A stretch of DNA of 64,000 nucleotides from Vulcanimicrobiota bacterium (GTDB taxonomy: Bacteria; Vulcanimicrobiota; Vulcanimicrobiia; Eremiobacterales; Eremiobacteraceae): the NCBI GenBank assembly GCA_963812135.1, contig CAWETU010000001.1, positions 1,312,001 through 1,376,000 on the forward strand, written 5' to 3'. How positions within the stretch are numbered: the first letter of the stretch is position 1; the number at the start of each line of letters is the position of its first letter. Below the pieces are notes generated by a model. That model worked only from the letters and a program-made list of their open reading frames with translations. It was not told where the DNA came from and ran no database searches. Made by a program: the position numbers and the translations under genes. Below, one piece after another: positions 55,381 through 64,000 of the stretch.

Positions 55381-56664
55381 TCACTGGAGGCCGGCGCCCA
55401 ATGGCTCGTGCGCACGCAGGGTGGGCGCGAGCAAAACGGTCGGCCTGCCGAAGGAGCGGACGACGTGGGTGCCGTCAAGACGTTGCGTCAACCGTAGGGC
55501 TGCTTCGTACTCGCGCGCGACGTTGCGCCAGATCATGCCGCGGCCGAAACGATACGCCGCCAGCTCGATCGAGCGGCGCGCTGCAGGGTTGTCGAGCACG
55601 CCATCGATCGCGTCCACGAGCGCTTCAGTGTCGCGGAACGGCACGGTGACGCCGCGGCCGTCGGCAAGCAGTTCGCGCGCGCAGGCGCTTGCCGTGGCGA
55701 CCACGACGCGGCCGCACGCGACGGCGTACGACAGCGTGCCGCTGACGACTTGGTTCGGGTCGAGTGACGGCGACACGTACACATCGGTGGCCTGCAGCGC
55801 TGTCACGACCTCTTCGTTCGAAAGATAACGGTTCTCAAAGCACACGCGCTCTTCGATGCCGAGGTTGCGCACGCGCTGCGCCAGCGATTCGCGATAGGCC
55901 TCGCCTTCGCGCCGGCGGATCGTGGGATGGGTTTCGCCCAACAGCACGTAGACCGCGTCAGGGTGACGCTCGAAAATGGCCGGCAGGGCGTCGATAAGAA
56001 ACTCGATCCCCTTGCCCGGTCCGATCAGCCCGAACGTCGAGATGATCGTTCGGCCAGGAAGACCCAGGCGGCGCTTGAAATGGCGGCTGGCGCGCAGCGG
56101 CACATCGGGAACGCCGTGCAGCACGACGCGGATCTTGCGCGGGTCGATGCCGTAATGGTGCTGCAGCAGGTGGCGGCTCGTATGCGACATGACGACGACG
56201 ACGCAGCTGTGATGGCAGAGCTCGCGCGTGACGCGGCGCAAGACGCCGTCCGGCTGCGGCAGCACGGTGTGCAGCGTGGTGGTCACGGGTTTGGTCAGCC
56301 GCGAGAGCAGCTCGAGGACCATCGCGCCCCGTTCGCCGCCGAACAGCCCGTATTCGTGCTGCAGGTTGACGATATCCGCCGAGTGTGCGTTGATGTCGCG
56401 CGCGGCGAGCGCATAGGAGTCGGGGTCGTCGCGGTCGATCACGCCGACGACGTCGGCGGGATACGCGTGTTCCTCGGCGGATTCGTTGATCGCGATGACG
56501 TCGCCGCGCGCGCCGGCGCGCTCGTCTAACGCGGACTTGATGTCCTGGGTGAACGTGGCGATGCCGCACTCGCGCGGCGGATACGAGCCGACGTAGAGCA
56601 CCTGTGGGATCGCCCGCATTCGCGCGAAGTGTGAACGAAAAATGCCGGGTGATGCTGCCAGCAT
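55381..56664 (-). CDS. Glycosyltransferase family 4
   Basis: YPPRECGIATFT, QHEYGLFGG, FGLIGPGKGIE, SGTLSYA. Confidence 0.92.
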   Translation of the reverse strand: MLAASPGIFRSHFARMRAIPQVLYVGSYPPRECGIATFTQDIKSALDERAGARGDVIAINESAEEHAYPADVVGVIDRDDPDSYALAARDINAHSADIVNLQHEYGLFGGERGAMVLELLSRLTKPVTTTLHTVLPQPDGVLRRVTRELCHHSCVVVVMSHTSRHLLQHHYGIDPRKIRVVLHGVPDVPLRASRHFKRRLGLPGRTIISTFGLIGPGKGIEFLIDALPAIFERHPDAVYVLLGETHPTIRRREGEAYRESLAQRVRNLGIEERVCFENRYLSNEEVVTALQATDVYVSPSLDPNQVVSGTLSYAVACGRVVVATASACARELLADGRGVTVPFRDTEALVDAIDGVLDNPAARRSIELAAYRFGRGMIWRNVAREYEAALRLTQRLDGTHVVRSFGRPTVLLAPTLRAHEPLGAGLQ

Positions 56665-56715
56665 GGACTCTCATTTCTTGGGTTGTGAACCGACGACTAG
56701 TCGGCGTGCTTCAAT

Positions 56716-56754
56716 TATACCTCAAGAATATACCTCAAGAATATACCTCAAGAA
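56716..56754. repeat. 13-bp perfect tandem repeat x3
   Basis: tatacctcaagaa at 56716, 56729, 56742. Confidence 0.95.
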
Positions 56755-56809
56755 GCGGCACGCAAAACATCCGTGCTATGCTCTTGCGGGACATAAGTTG
56801 ATGGACCCT

Positions 56810-59299
56810 TTAGGCTTGTTCGCGCAACTCGATGAGGCGGTAGCCGTGCACTTCGACCGACATCGCAAGCGACGTCAGCCGCTCGCCCTTTTGGCCGTTG
56901 AACTCTTCCCACGCGTCCCGCTCGCTATCGTAGATGCGGACTTGGTAATCCTTCGCATGATCGATGATGCGCGCGAGATTGAAGGGTACGGCGCTCGTCT
57001 GCGTGCCGACGTTGCCGATCAAGACGACGATCTCACCGGGCCGCCGCAGGGCGACGGCCGCCGCGGTCTCGGAAAACACCGTCACGTCGCTTGAAACGTC
57101 CTCCGTGTATGATTGACCCACGTGGTCGGTCTCGAATTCGACCGTCGCATAGACGTGGAACTTGCCGTGTTGGCGTGCGGCGAAGTAGGTGAGCTCCTTG
57201 CCGTGATACGGCAAGCGCCGCAGGCCGAGCCACTTCCAACTCGCGGGCACGAGCGGATTGATGCGCGGCTTGTCGGTCGTCAGCATCAAGCCGCAGATGC
57301 CCTCGACCGCTGCCCACAAGAAACGCGGCGGCTCCCAGGGGCTCAAGCGCATGCCGCGATTGACGAGGCTTTCGCCGTCGAACCATTCGCTGAACTGGCC
57401 GGGCACGGTATTGCGCGCCTTTGGATCTTCCGTGTAATGGACGGTCGACGAACGCAGCGCGGTCACCATGACGTCAGGGTAGTAACGTGCCGCCGCGAAC
57501 GCGTACCACCAGCTTAGGCCGGGCCAGACGCCACCGAGCAGGCCGAAGGCGCCGGACGGATCGTACAAAGGGTCCTCGCGCGAGACGGTGCGCAGGCCGG
57601 CTTCGGTCCAGAAATCGGGCGAGTTGAGCCGGCTGATGACGCGGAACCCCGTCTCCTCGTCGCACACCCGGAACATGACCGGGAAGACCTCGTCGCCGGT
57701 GACGTCGGTGTGGATGTTGCCGGCGGCGTCGACGTTCAGATAGTACAACCCGTTCTCGGGATTGCGCAGATGCGCATCCATCGCTTGGCGCACGCGCTGC
57801 GAGGCATCCTTGAAATCTTGCGCCTCGCGCGGGTTGCCGCCGATATCCTCGACGAGATGCGCGCACGCGCGCAAGGCAGCGGCGCACTCGGCATTGATCT
57901 CGGTGACCGCGCCGTTGAGCGTGTAACCCGGGATGATGTTGCGCCATCCGACGATCGCCCATACGTCGCCGCGCGGATCGTCGGCGGTGCACACGACCAG
58001 CCCGCGTTCATCGCTCTGCGAGATGATGTAGCGCGCCGCTTTGGTGACCGCAGGCAGCACGCGGCGGAGCCAGTCGTGATCGCCGGTGGAACGGTAGTGG
58101 TGGTTGACCGCCAAGATGAACAGCGGCGTGTTGTCGTTGATGTTCAGCCCATAGTCCTCGCGATGGCCATCGACCCCGTCCCAATACTCCGGCATCTTGC
58201 CGTTGCCGTATTGCAGCGACGCGACCTTGTCGAGCATCTGGCGCGAGAACTCCGGCAAGAAATGATCGCAGCCGTAGACGAACCACGACACATCGCGCAC
58301 GACGATGTTCGACGAGACGCCGGGATCGTTGGTGAACGCGAGCCCTTGCGGGTACGCTGACATGACGCGCCGCATGTTCGCCTTGCCCCACAGCGCCCCG
58401 GCATTGACCGCCGGATCGGGCGTCAGGACGTGGCCGCGCTGCAGTTCGCCTTCGAAATAGTGGACCGTGCGATCGAAGGCGCCGTCGTATTCGACGGTGC
58501 GCTTGAACTCCGCCGTGGCCTTGCTCCGGCCGTGAGCGTACGCGCCGATCGCAAAACACAGGCGTCGCGTCTGATCGGGATCGAGCGTCAGATCCAGCTG
58601 CAGCGCGCCCAGCACGTCGCCGGTCGCGTCGGTCGAGTTCGGCAACGGATCGACGTGCGAGGGCTCGTAGACGCTGCCGAAGTCGAACGTCGCCGCGTAC
58701 CGGTCCGGCGCCGTCGACAGCCCGAAGATGCGCACCGCATCCGGCATGCTGCGATTGCTCGCGACGAGGGCGTTGAGGTTCTTGTCGTAATCGACGATGA
58801 TATCGCCCGGCAGGCTGCCGCGCAGGCGTGCCGAGCCGACGACGCGCAGATTGTAGGCGACCAGGTCGCGATTATGCAGTTCGATGGCGAAGTACGCGAT
58901 CGGCGGATCGGTGAAACTGTCGCCGACCGGCAAGAAGATGGTCTCCATGATGTCGATGGCGCCGCCGATCGAGAATCGCCTGCGCTGATATGCGGGGTGG
59001 ATCTCGACGTCGCCCGGCGCGTCTTGGCGCAGGCCGACAAACGGCTGGTCATGCAGCGAGAGACGGCTCTCGAACATGCGCAGCGAGCGGCCGAGCCCGC
59101 CATAGCGGACGCCGACGGCGCCGACGCAGCTCTCGCCCAGCTCCACGGAAAAGACGCGCTCGATCGCGCCGCTGCCTTTGGTGTTGATCCATGCCGCGCT
59201 ATTGCCGAAGCTTGGGCCGACCCCGAGATTTTCATCGCCAAGCGAATAGACCGGCAGCGAGCGGTGGTGCGGACGATAGGTGACGGTCTGTCCTGGCAT
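56810..59299 (-). CDS. Six-hairpin glycoside hydrolase (amylo-alpha-1,6-glucosidase/debranching-like)
   Basis: RDVSW, DNTPLF, AGLRTVS, GGVWP, FSEWFD, SPW. Confidence 0.8.
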   Translation of the reverse strand: MPGQTVTYRPHHRSLPVYSLGDENLGVGPSFGNSAAWINTKGSGAIERVFSVELGESCVGAVGVRYGGLGRSLRMFESRLSLHDQPFVGLRQDAPGDVEIHPAYQRRRFSIGGAIDIMETIFLPVGDSFTDPPIAYFAIELHNRDLVAYNLRVVGSARLRGSLPGDIIVDYDKNLNALVASNRSMPDAVRIFGLSTAPDRYAATFDFGSVYEPSHVDPLPNSTDATGDVLGALQLDLTLDPDQTRRLCFAIGAYAHGRSKATAEFKRTVEYDGAFDRTVHYFEGELQRGHVLTPDPAVNAGALWGKANMRRVMSAYPQGLAFTNDPGVSSNIVVRDVSWFVYGCDHFLPEFSRQMLDKVASLQYGNGKMPEYWDGVDGHREDYGLNINDNTPLFILAVNHHYRSTGDHDWLRRVLPAVTKAARYIISQSDERGLVVCTADDPRGDVWAIVGWRNIIPGYTLNGAVTEINAECAAALRACAHLVEDIGGNPREAQDFKDASQRVRQAMDAHLRNPENGLYYLNVDAAGNIHTDVTGDEVFPVMFRVCDEETGFRVISRLNSPDFWTEAGLRTVSREDPLYDPSGAFGLLGGVWPGLSWWYAFAAARYYPDVMVTALRSSTVHYTEDPKARNTVPGQFSEWFDGESLVNRGMRLSPWEPPRFLWAAVEGICGLMLTTDKPRINPLVPASWKWLGLRRLPYHGKELTYFAARQHGKFHVYATVEFETDHVGQSYTEDVSSDVTVFSETAAAVALRRPGEIVVLIGNVGTQTSAVPFNLARIIDHAKDYQVRIYDSERDAWEEFNGQKGERLTSLAMSVEVHGYRLIELREQA

Positions 59300-59365
59300 T
59301 GACCGCCCACTCTACGCCCTTCGTGCGAGGGGTCCCTCGCCCGAAGCATCCGAACTTCGCGCACG

Positions 59366-60406
59366 ATGATCTTGCACGCCGACCTCGATGCGTTCTACGC
59401 GGCAGTCGCGTCGCGCGACGACCCGGCGTTGCGCGGCGTGCCGTTGGTGGTCGCGGGTTCGAGCCGGCGCGCGGTGGTGCTCACCGCATCGTACGAAGCG
59501 CGGCCCTATGGCGTCCACAGCGCGATGCCGCTCTATCAAGCGCGTGCGCGCTGCCCAAAACTCGTCGTCGTGCCGCCGGCGTTCGAAAAGTATCGGGAAG
59601 CGAGCGCGGCGGTGTTCGACATCTTGCGCGCGCACGCCAGCGCCGTCCAAGGGCTATCGCTCGACGAGGCGTTCTGCGATCTTGGCGACATCGCGCTTGC
59701 CGAGGCGCTCGACGTCGGACGGCGCATCAAAGCGAATGTCCGGGAATCGACGGCGCTGTCCATCTCGATCGGCATCGCGGCGAACAAGATGGTCGCGAAG
59801 ATCGCGAGCGACGACGGTAAGCCCGATGGATTGGTCGGCGTGCCACCGGGCGAGGAGGCGGCGTACATCGGCGGCAAGCCGATCGCAAGGCTGTGGGGGA
59901 TCGGTCCGAAGACCCAAGCTCGGCTCAACGCGCGCGGCCTCGAGCGCATCGAGCAGTTGGCGGCGCTGTCTGACGAGCAAGTGTATCAGCTCCTCGGGCG
60001 CTGGGGGCGCGAGCTGCGCGAGCTCGCGCGTGGGCACGATGAGCGGACGGTCAGCGAAAGCGATGAGATCCGGTCGATCTCGAGCGAGGAGACGTTCGAG
60101 CACGATGTCGCGGCCATCGAGGACCTGCTGCCGGTCATCCGGACGCAAGCCGACGAACTCGCGCAGCGGTTGCGCGAGCGCAGCTTGCGAGCGTACACCG
60201 TCGGTGTGAAGATCAAGCTGTCGGATTTCACGATCGTCGGCCGGCAGACGTCGCTCGCGCAGCCAGCCGACGATGCTCGCGTCATCAACGCGGCGGCCGC
60301 GTTCTGCTTGCGGCGAGCCGCGCCGGCCAAGCCCGTCCGCTTGATCGGCGTGCGCGTGGCCTCGCTTGTCCAGGCGGGCGCCAAGCAGACCAGTCTTTTT
60401 TCGTAA
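59366..60406 (+). CDS. dinB: DNA polymerase IV
   Basis: HADLDAFYA, ASYEAR, SLDEAF, AKIASD..KPDG, LWGIG. Confidence 0.95.
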   Translation: MILHADLDAFYAAVASRDDPALRGVPLVVAGSSRRAVVLTASYEARPYGVHSAMPLYQARARCPKLVVVPPAFEKYREASAAVFDILRAHASAVQGLSLDEAFCDLGDIALAEALDVGRRIKANVRESTALSISIGIAANKMVAKIASDDGKPDGLVGVPPGEEAAYIGGKPIARLWGIGPKTQARLNARGLERIEQLAALSDEQVYQLLGRWGRELRELARGHDERTVSESDEIRSISSEETFEHDVAAIEDLLPVIRTQADELAQRLRERSLRAYTVGVKIKLSDFTIVGRQTSLAQPADDARVINAAAAFCLRRAAPAKPVRLIGVRVASLVQAGAKQTSLFS

Positions 60407-60487
60407 GCGCTCCCATTCGCGCGACGGCCCTCTCTGGCAGCGATCTGTCAGCGGGCGCAAAACCGCCCGCGCAGAAGCATCGCCGTC

Positions 60488-61555
60488 ATGAATCGCTCCC
60501 GCTGCGGAGGCGCGTCGATCGCGCCGGCGTTGGCGGTCGCACTGCTGTGGCTGTCAAGCGCAGCGCCATGCGCCGCCGAGGATTTACAGCAGCGCGAGCT
60601 CACGTCGGCGCTGTCGCAGCTCGCGGACAACTACCCGACCATTGAGCAGCGGATGGGGCGCGAAGGCGCGGCGGATCTCGAGGAGCGGCTGTTCACCGAC
60701 TTGGGCGAGGTCGCGCTCGACAACGCGCCGGATGTGTATCCAGCGGAGGCGTGGCACGAACGGGTCACGCGCGTCGCCCAGCTGGACGCCAGCATCGTCG
60801 CGCAAGTCGTCGGCACACCGGTTCCCGTCGCCGGTTCGCGCGGATTGGTCGAGCGGCTGATCGTCGCGCACGACGGCACGCTGCAGCCATTTGCGCTCTA
60901 CGTGCCCGAGGATGCGACCGCCGCGCGCGAACGCTCGCTCGTCGTGCTGTTGCACGGCAGGCCGCAGACCGAGTCGGAGATCCTTGGGGCGCCGTACTTC
61001 CGCACGTTGGCCGATCGAACGGGCACCGTGATCGCCGCTCCTTGGGGGCGCGGGATCTACGACTTCGCGCCGCCGGGCGACGACGAAGTGTACCAGGTGG
61101 CCGCGACAGTCGCGAGCACGTACGGCATTCCCGCACGGCGCGTGTTTCTCGCTGGTTACTCGATGGGCGGCTTTTCCGTCTTCAAGATCGGTCCCGAGCA
61201 TCCGGAGCAATGGGCGGCGGTGATGTGCATCTCGGGGTCGGTGCTCAACAGCGGCGCCGACGCAGTGCGGTCGGCGTTCGCGCGGACGCGCATGTACGTC
61301 ATCACCGGCACCCTTGACGACAGCATCCCGACGCAATACCCGCAAGGCACGGCTGCGTATCTGGCGAGCGTCGGAATCCCCACCGGTCTCTACATCGAGC
61401 CCGCCGGCACGCACGGCATCTACACGCTGATGCCTTCTCTCACGCGGGCGTGGACGGATATGCTCGCCGGGCGGCTCGGCGGCGTCGTCCCTGGCGGAAC
61501 GAGCGCCTTGCCGGCGATGGCCCCGCCGGGATTGAGCACCGCGCCACGCTCGTGA
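60488..61555 (+). CDS. Secreted alpha/beta hydrolase
   Basis: VLLHG, GYSMGG, GTLDD, GTHG. Confidence 0.85.
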   Translation: MNRSRCGGASIAPALAVALLWLSSAAPCAAEDLQQRELTSALSQLADNYPTIEQRMGREGAADLEERLFTDLGEVALDNAPDVYPAEAWHERVTRVAQLDASIVAQVVGTPVPVAGSRGLVERLIVAHDGTLQPFALYVPEDATAARERSLVVLLHGRPQTESEILGAPYFRTLADRTGTVIAAPWGRGIYDFAPPGDDEVYQVAATVASTYGIPARRVFLAGYSMGGFSVFKIGPEHPEQWAAVMCISGSVLNSGADAVRSAFARTRMYVITGTLDDSIPTQYPQGTAAYLASVGIPTGLYIEPAGTHGIYTLMPSLTRAWTDMLAGRLGGVVPGGTSALPAMAPPGLSTAPRS

Positions 61556-61567
61556 CGTGAAGGCGAG

Positions 61568-62143
61568 CTACGCGGGGAGGGCTTCGCTCCTGCGCGGACG
61601 CGCGCGCAGTTCGCCGCCGCAATTCGGGCAGAGGGTGCCGAGCGCGGAGGCGCACGACGGACAAAACGTGCACTCGAAGCTGCAGATGAACGCGCTCGAC
61701 GCCGGGCTTAGATCGGCGGAGCAGCGCTCGCAGGACGGCTTCATGTGCAGCGCCTCGCGCATCTTCTTGCGCCAGTGCGGCGTGAGCCTGGCGCGTGCTG
61801 CGACCGTCCGCGGCGGGCGAAGTTCGCGATCCACGGTCATCGCAACGAGCTCGATCGCCATCGAGCGGTAGCGGAAGTACGAGCGCAGCGAGAGCCCCAA
61901 CGATGCGGCGACGCGGCGGGCTTTGTTGCCGTCCAGGTCTTGGGAGAGGATCGCGGCGCGCATCAGCTGATTCAAATCGCTCGACCCGGGCAGGGCCCGC
62001 TTGATCGCGGTCAGGACGGCTTCGCAGGCCGACTCGCTGGCGTAATGTTCGCGCAACTCGCCAGCCAGCGCGTCGCCTTCCAGCTTGGCCGGCAGCCGTA
62101 GCAGATGCAGCAGCCGGCGGATCTCGGGGTGGTGCCTCTCCAT
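61568..62143 (-). CDS. HTH-like domain (paralogue 3 of 3) fused to DUF1272 Cys-rich domain
   Basis: DLDGNKARRVAASLGLSLRSYFRYR; MKPSCERC...ICSFECTFCPSC...CPNCGGEL. Confidence 0.78.
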   Translation of the reverse strand: MERHHPEIRRLLHLLRLPAKLEGDALAGELREHYASESACEAVLTAIKRALPGSSDLNQLMRAAILSQDLDGNKARRVAASLGLSLRSYFRYRSMAIELVAMTVDRELRPPRTVAARARLTPHWRKKMREALHMKPSCERCSADLSPASSAFICSFECTFCPSCASALGTLCPNCGGELRARPRRSEALPA

Positions 62144-62309
62144 GCCTGAGTACTACAGACTGACCCCCGCTGGGTCCTTCGATTTTGCCAGCTTGGCAGG
62201 CGCCCGGCAGTGAAGCATACTTGCGCCAGGATGACAGGAGGGGAATCGTTCGCCTGGATAAATACCAGGCGGCTGTTTTCTTACCACATGCGGCAAAGGA
62301 GATTCTCGC

Positions 62310-62456
62310 ATGCAAATCTGCGATGTCTGCAAGGAAGAAAAAGAAGAGACGTTCACCGTGCCGGGTACTAGCGCGGCGATTTGCGACGCGTGTCTGAGGG
62401 CGGGCCGGATCGGAGAGCTGTTGGGGCCCGAACATGCCGCCGCCCCCTCAGAGTAA
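62310..62456 (+). CDS. 48-aa CxxC-CxxC zinc-finger microprotein (not in ORF track)
   Basis: AAGGAG RBS; MQICDVCKEE...AAICDACLRAG... Confidence 0.7.
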   Translation: MQICDVCKEEKEETFTVPGTSAAICDACLRAGRIGELLGPEHAAAPSE

Positions 62457-62527
62457 TTTCATAATTTAGGGTACAAGACACGGGGGACGCTCGAGGTCGC
62501 CCTATCGAGCGGCCCCACGCGCGTGCT

Positions 62528-63355
62528 TCACGCCTCGAGGGGCAAGTCGACCTGCGTACGGCGCGCCGCGTACGCGCGCGTGAACTCCGCTCCGAACAAA
62601 ACCACCGTCGCCGAATAGAACAGCCAGGTCAGGACGATGAGACCGGCTGCGGCGGCGCCATGGATCGAACGTAGCACGGTATGAGTGACGAGTAGGCTGA
62701 CGCCCCACTGCCCGAGCACGAACAACGCGCCGGTGAACAGTCCGCCCGGCAGCGCATCCGCCCACGCGACGGGCGTTGCCGGCACGAATCTGAACAACGC
62801 GGCGAACAGCGCGCCGATCGCGAGCAGCGCCGCCACCAGCACGACGAGCTGCCCGCCGGCGTTTGACATCAAACCGCCGTTTTGGCCGCCGACGTGAGCC
62901 ACGAGCATTGTACCGAGGATCTGCAGCGCGAGCAGCAGCAATCCGATGACCAGCACCATGCAAAATGCGAGCGCGCGCGTGGCGAAAAGGCGCCCGACGC
63001 TGAGGCGCAGGCTTTGGGTATCGAAGACGATGTTGAGCGCGTCTTGCAATTGCGTAAATGCGCCGCTGGCGCCGAGAAGGAGCGCGACGATGCCGATGCT
63101 CGCCGCGACGATGTTGGGCGCGGGGCGGCTTAGCCCGTTCACCAGGTTGGTGAGAAAACGCGCGCCGGTGGGGCCGACGAAGGTGGCCAAGGGCGCGAGC
63201 ACGTCTTGCGCGGCGTGCTTTTGACCGATGATCAGACCGGCGATCGCGATCGCGATCACCAGCACCGGCGCCAGCGCAAACGCGAGATAGAATGCCAACG
63301 CCGCCGCCAGGTGCGACGTGTGATGCCGGTTCCAGCCATCGAATGCTTCGCGCAC
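62528..63355 (-). CDS. YihY/BrkB family membrane protein
   Basis: LAAALAFY..ALAP, LQDALN, WLFYSA..LFGAEF; start uncertain. Confidence 0.9.
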   Translation of the reverse strand: MREAFDGWNRHHTSHLAAALAFYLAFALAPVLVIAIAIAGLIIGQKHAAQDVLAPLATFVGPTGARFLTNLVNGLSRPAPNIVAASIGIVALLLGASGAFTQLQDALNIVFDTQSLRLSVGRLFATRALAFCMVLVIGLLLLALQILGTMLVAHVGGQNGGLMSNAGGQLVVLVAALLAIGALFAALFRFVPATPVAWADALPGGLFTGALFVLGQWGVSLLVTHTVLRSIHGAAAAGLIVLTWLFYSATVVLFGAEFTRAYAARRTQVDLPLEA

Positions 63356-63486
63356 GACCTCGACGATAACGGCCTCCTGACAACGGAGCCCATGAGTTCA
63401 CGCCGGCCACGCGGGGCGCCTACACGGTTTGACGCGCGGGGCCGTTCGGTAGGATACTAGTAGAGCTCAAAGGAGGGCGTCACATC

Positions 63487-63702
63487 ATGGCACAGCGCAA
63501 GCGGACCCGTAAATACGGGCCAAAAGCATCCGAAGACGTCGAGCGGGCGATGCGCGAGATGAAGCAGGGCAAGCTCCGTTCGGGCCGGTCCGGCAAGAAA
63601 GTCACCAACCCGCGGCAAGCGGTCGCCATCGGCCTGTCCGAGGCGCGGGCAGAGGGCGCCAAGGTGCCCCCGTCACCGAGCACGCGGAGACGCAAAAAGT
63701 AA
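63487..63702 (+). CDS. DUF6496-like small basic protein
   Basis: MREMKQGKLRSGRSGKKVTNPRQAVAIGLSEAR. Confidence 0.85.
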   Translation: MAQRKRTRKYGPKASEDVERAMREMKQGKLRSGRSGKKVTNPRQAVAIGLSEARAEGAKVPPSPSTRRRKK

Positions 63703-63855
63703 TCGGGCGCACGAACGCAGACCCTGGTGCGGGCCGCTGTGACGGCGGTCTAATGTGAGCCCCGCGCCTTGTGTGCGCCTGGAGAGCGCCGATATACTGG
63801 GTAGTGGGTAGCGCCTTAGGTGGGGGACCGCAGGCGTCGCTCCGGAGACAGGATT

Positions 63856-64000
63856 ATGCCAGTATGCAGCGCCTGCCATCGCGATCTCGGTGACGTGTTC
63901 GTCGTCGAAGACGGCTCGAAGCTGTGCGCGCGTTGCCTCGAGATGGGCGTGAACGATAAGAAGCCGCTCGAGGAGCGCGAACGCCTCATGCTCGTGCTCG
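63856..64000 (+). CDS. Partial CxxC-CxxC protein running off the window
   Basis: MPVCSACHRDL...KLCARCLE. Confidence 0.55.
   Translation, partial: MPVCSACHRDLGDVFVVEDGSKLCARCLEMGVNDKKPLEERERLMLVL

Noticed and set aside
56716..56754. Tandem repeats here, at 86-160 and at 24021-24134 as a CRISPR array
   Set aside because: No unique spacers, two of them are coding repeats, and no cas genes are present

Overview
GC-rich bacterial window. Gene content suggests a soil Candidatus Eremiobacterota/Vulcanimicrobiota-like genome (inference). Several single-base indels and a poly-C tract point to imperfect assembly. It contains about 60 CDSs, tRNA-Phe(GAA), tRNA-Gly(CCC), a solo tnpB (IS200/IS605 family) and no CRISPR array. 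Main observations: (1) two likely selenoproteins that the ORF track truncates at in-frame UGA codons, a UGGC thioredoxin-TPR protein (11337-11906) and a glutaredoxin ending GFGGG-U-S-I-H (32951-33175, minus), each followed by a hairpin whose loop begins CGUG. (2) The Sec-thioredoxin is divergent from a Cys-motif GAF kinase/LuxR regulator, close to an SDR plus QueA-like operon with an 18-bp palindromic operator, a candidate undescribed redox-sensing module. (3) A five-gene operon with a membrane sensor-fused CheA-like kinase, a CheY-like receiver, two CheX and an unknown protein, with no CheW or MCP. (4) A 1162-bp integrase-less HigBA islet bounded by a perfect 73-bp direct repeat that rebuilds the 5' end of a glycosyltransferase. 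(5) Two signal-peptide-bearing Hcp-like proteins with no T6SS genes. (6) Three paralogues of an uncharacterised HTH-like family with 11-bp-phased GGCA boxes. (7) A SigB/SigF-like stress regulon and a 230-bp inverted-repeat element.
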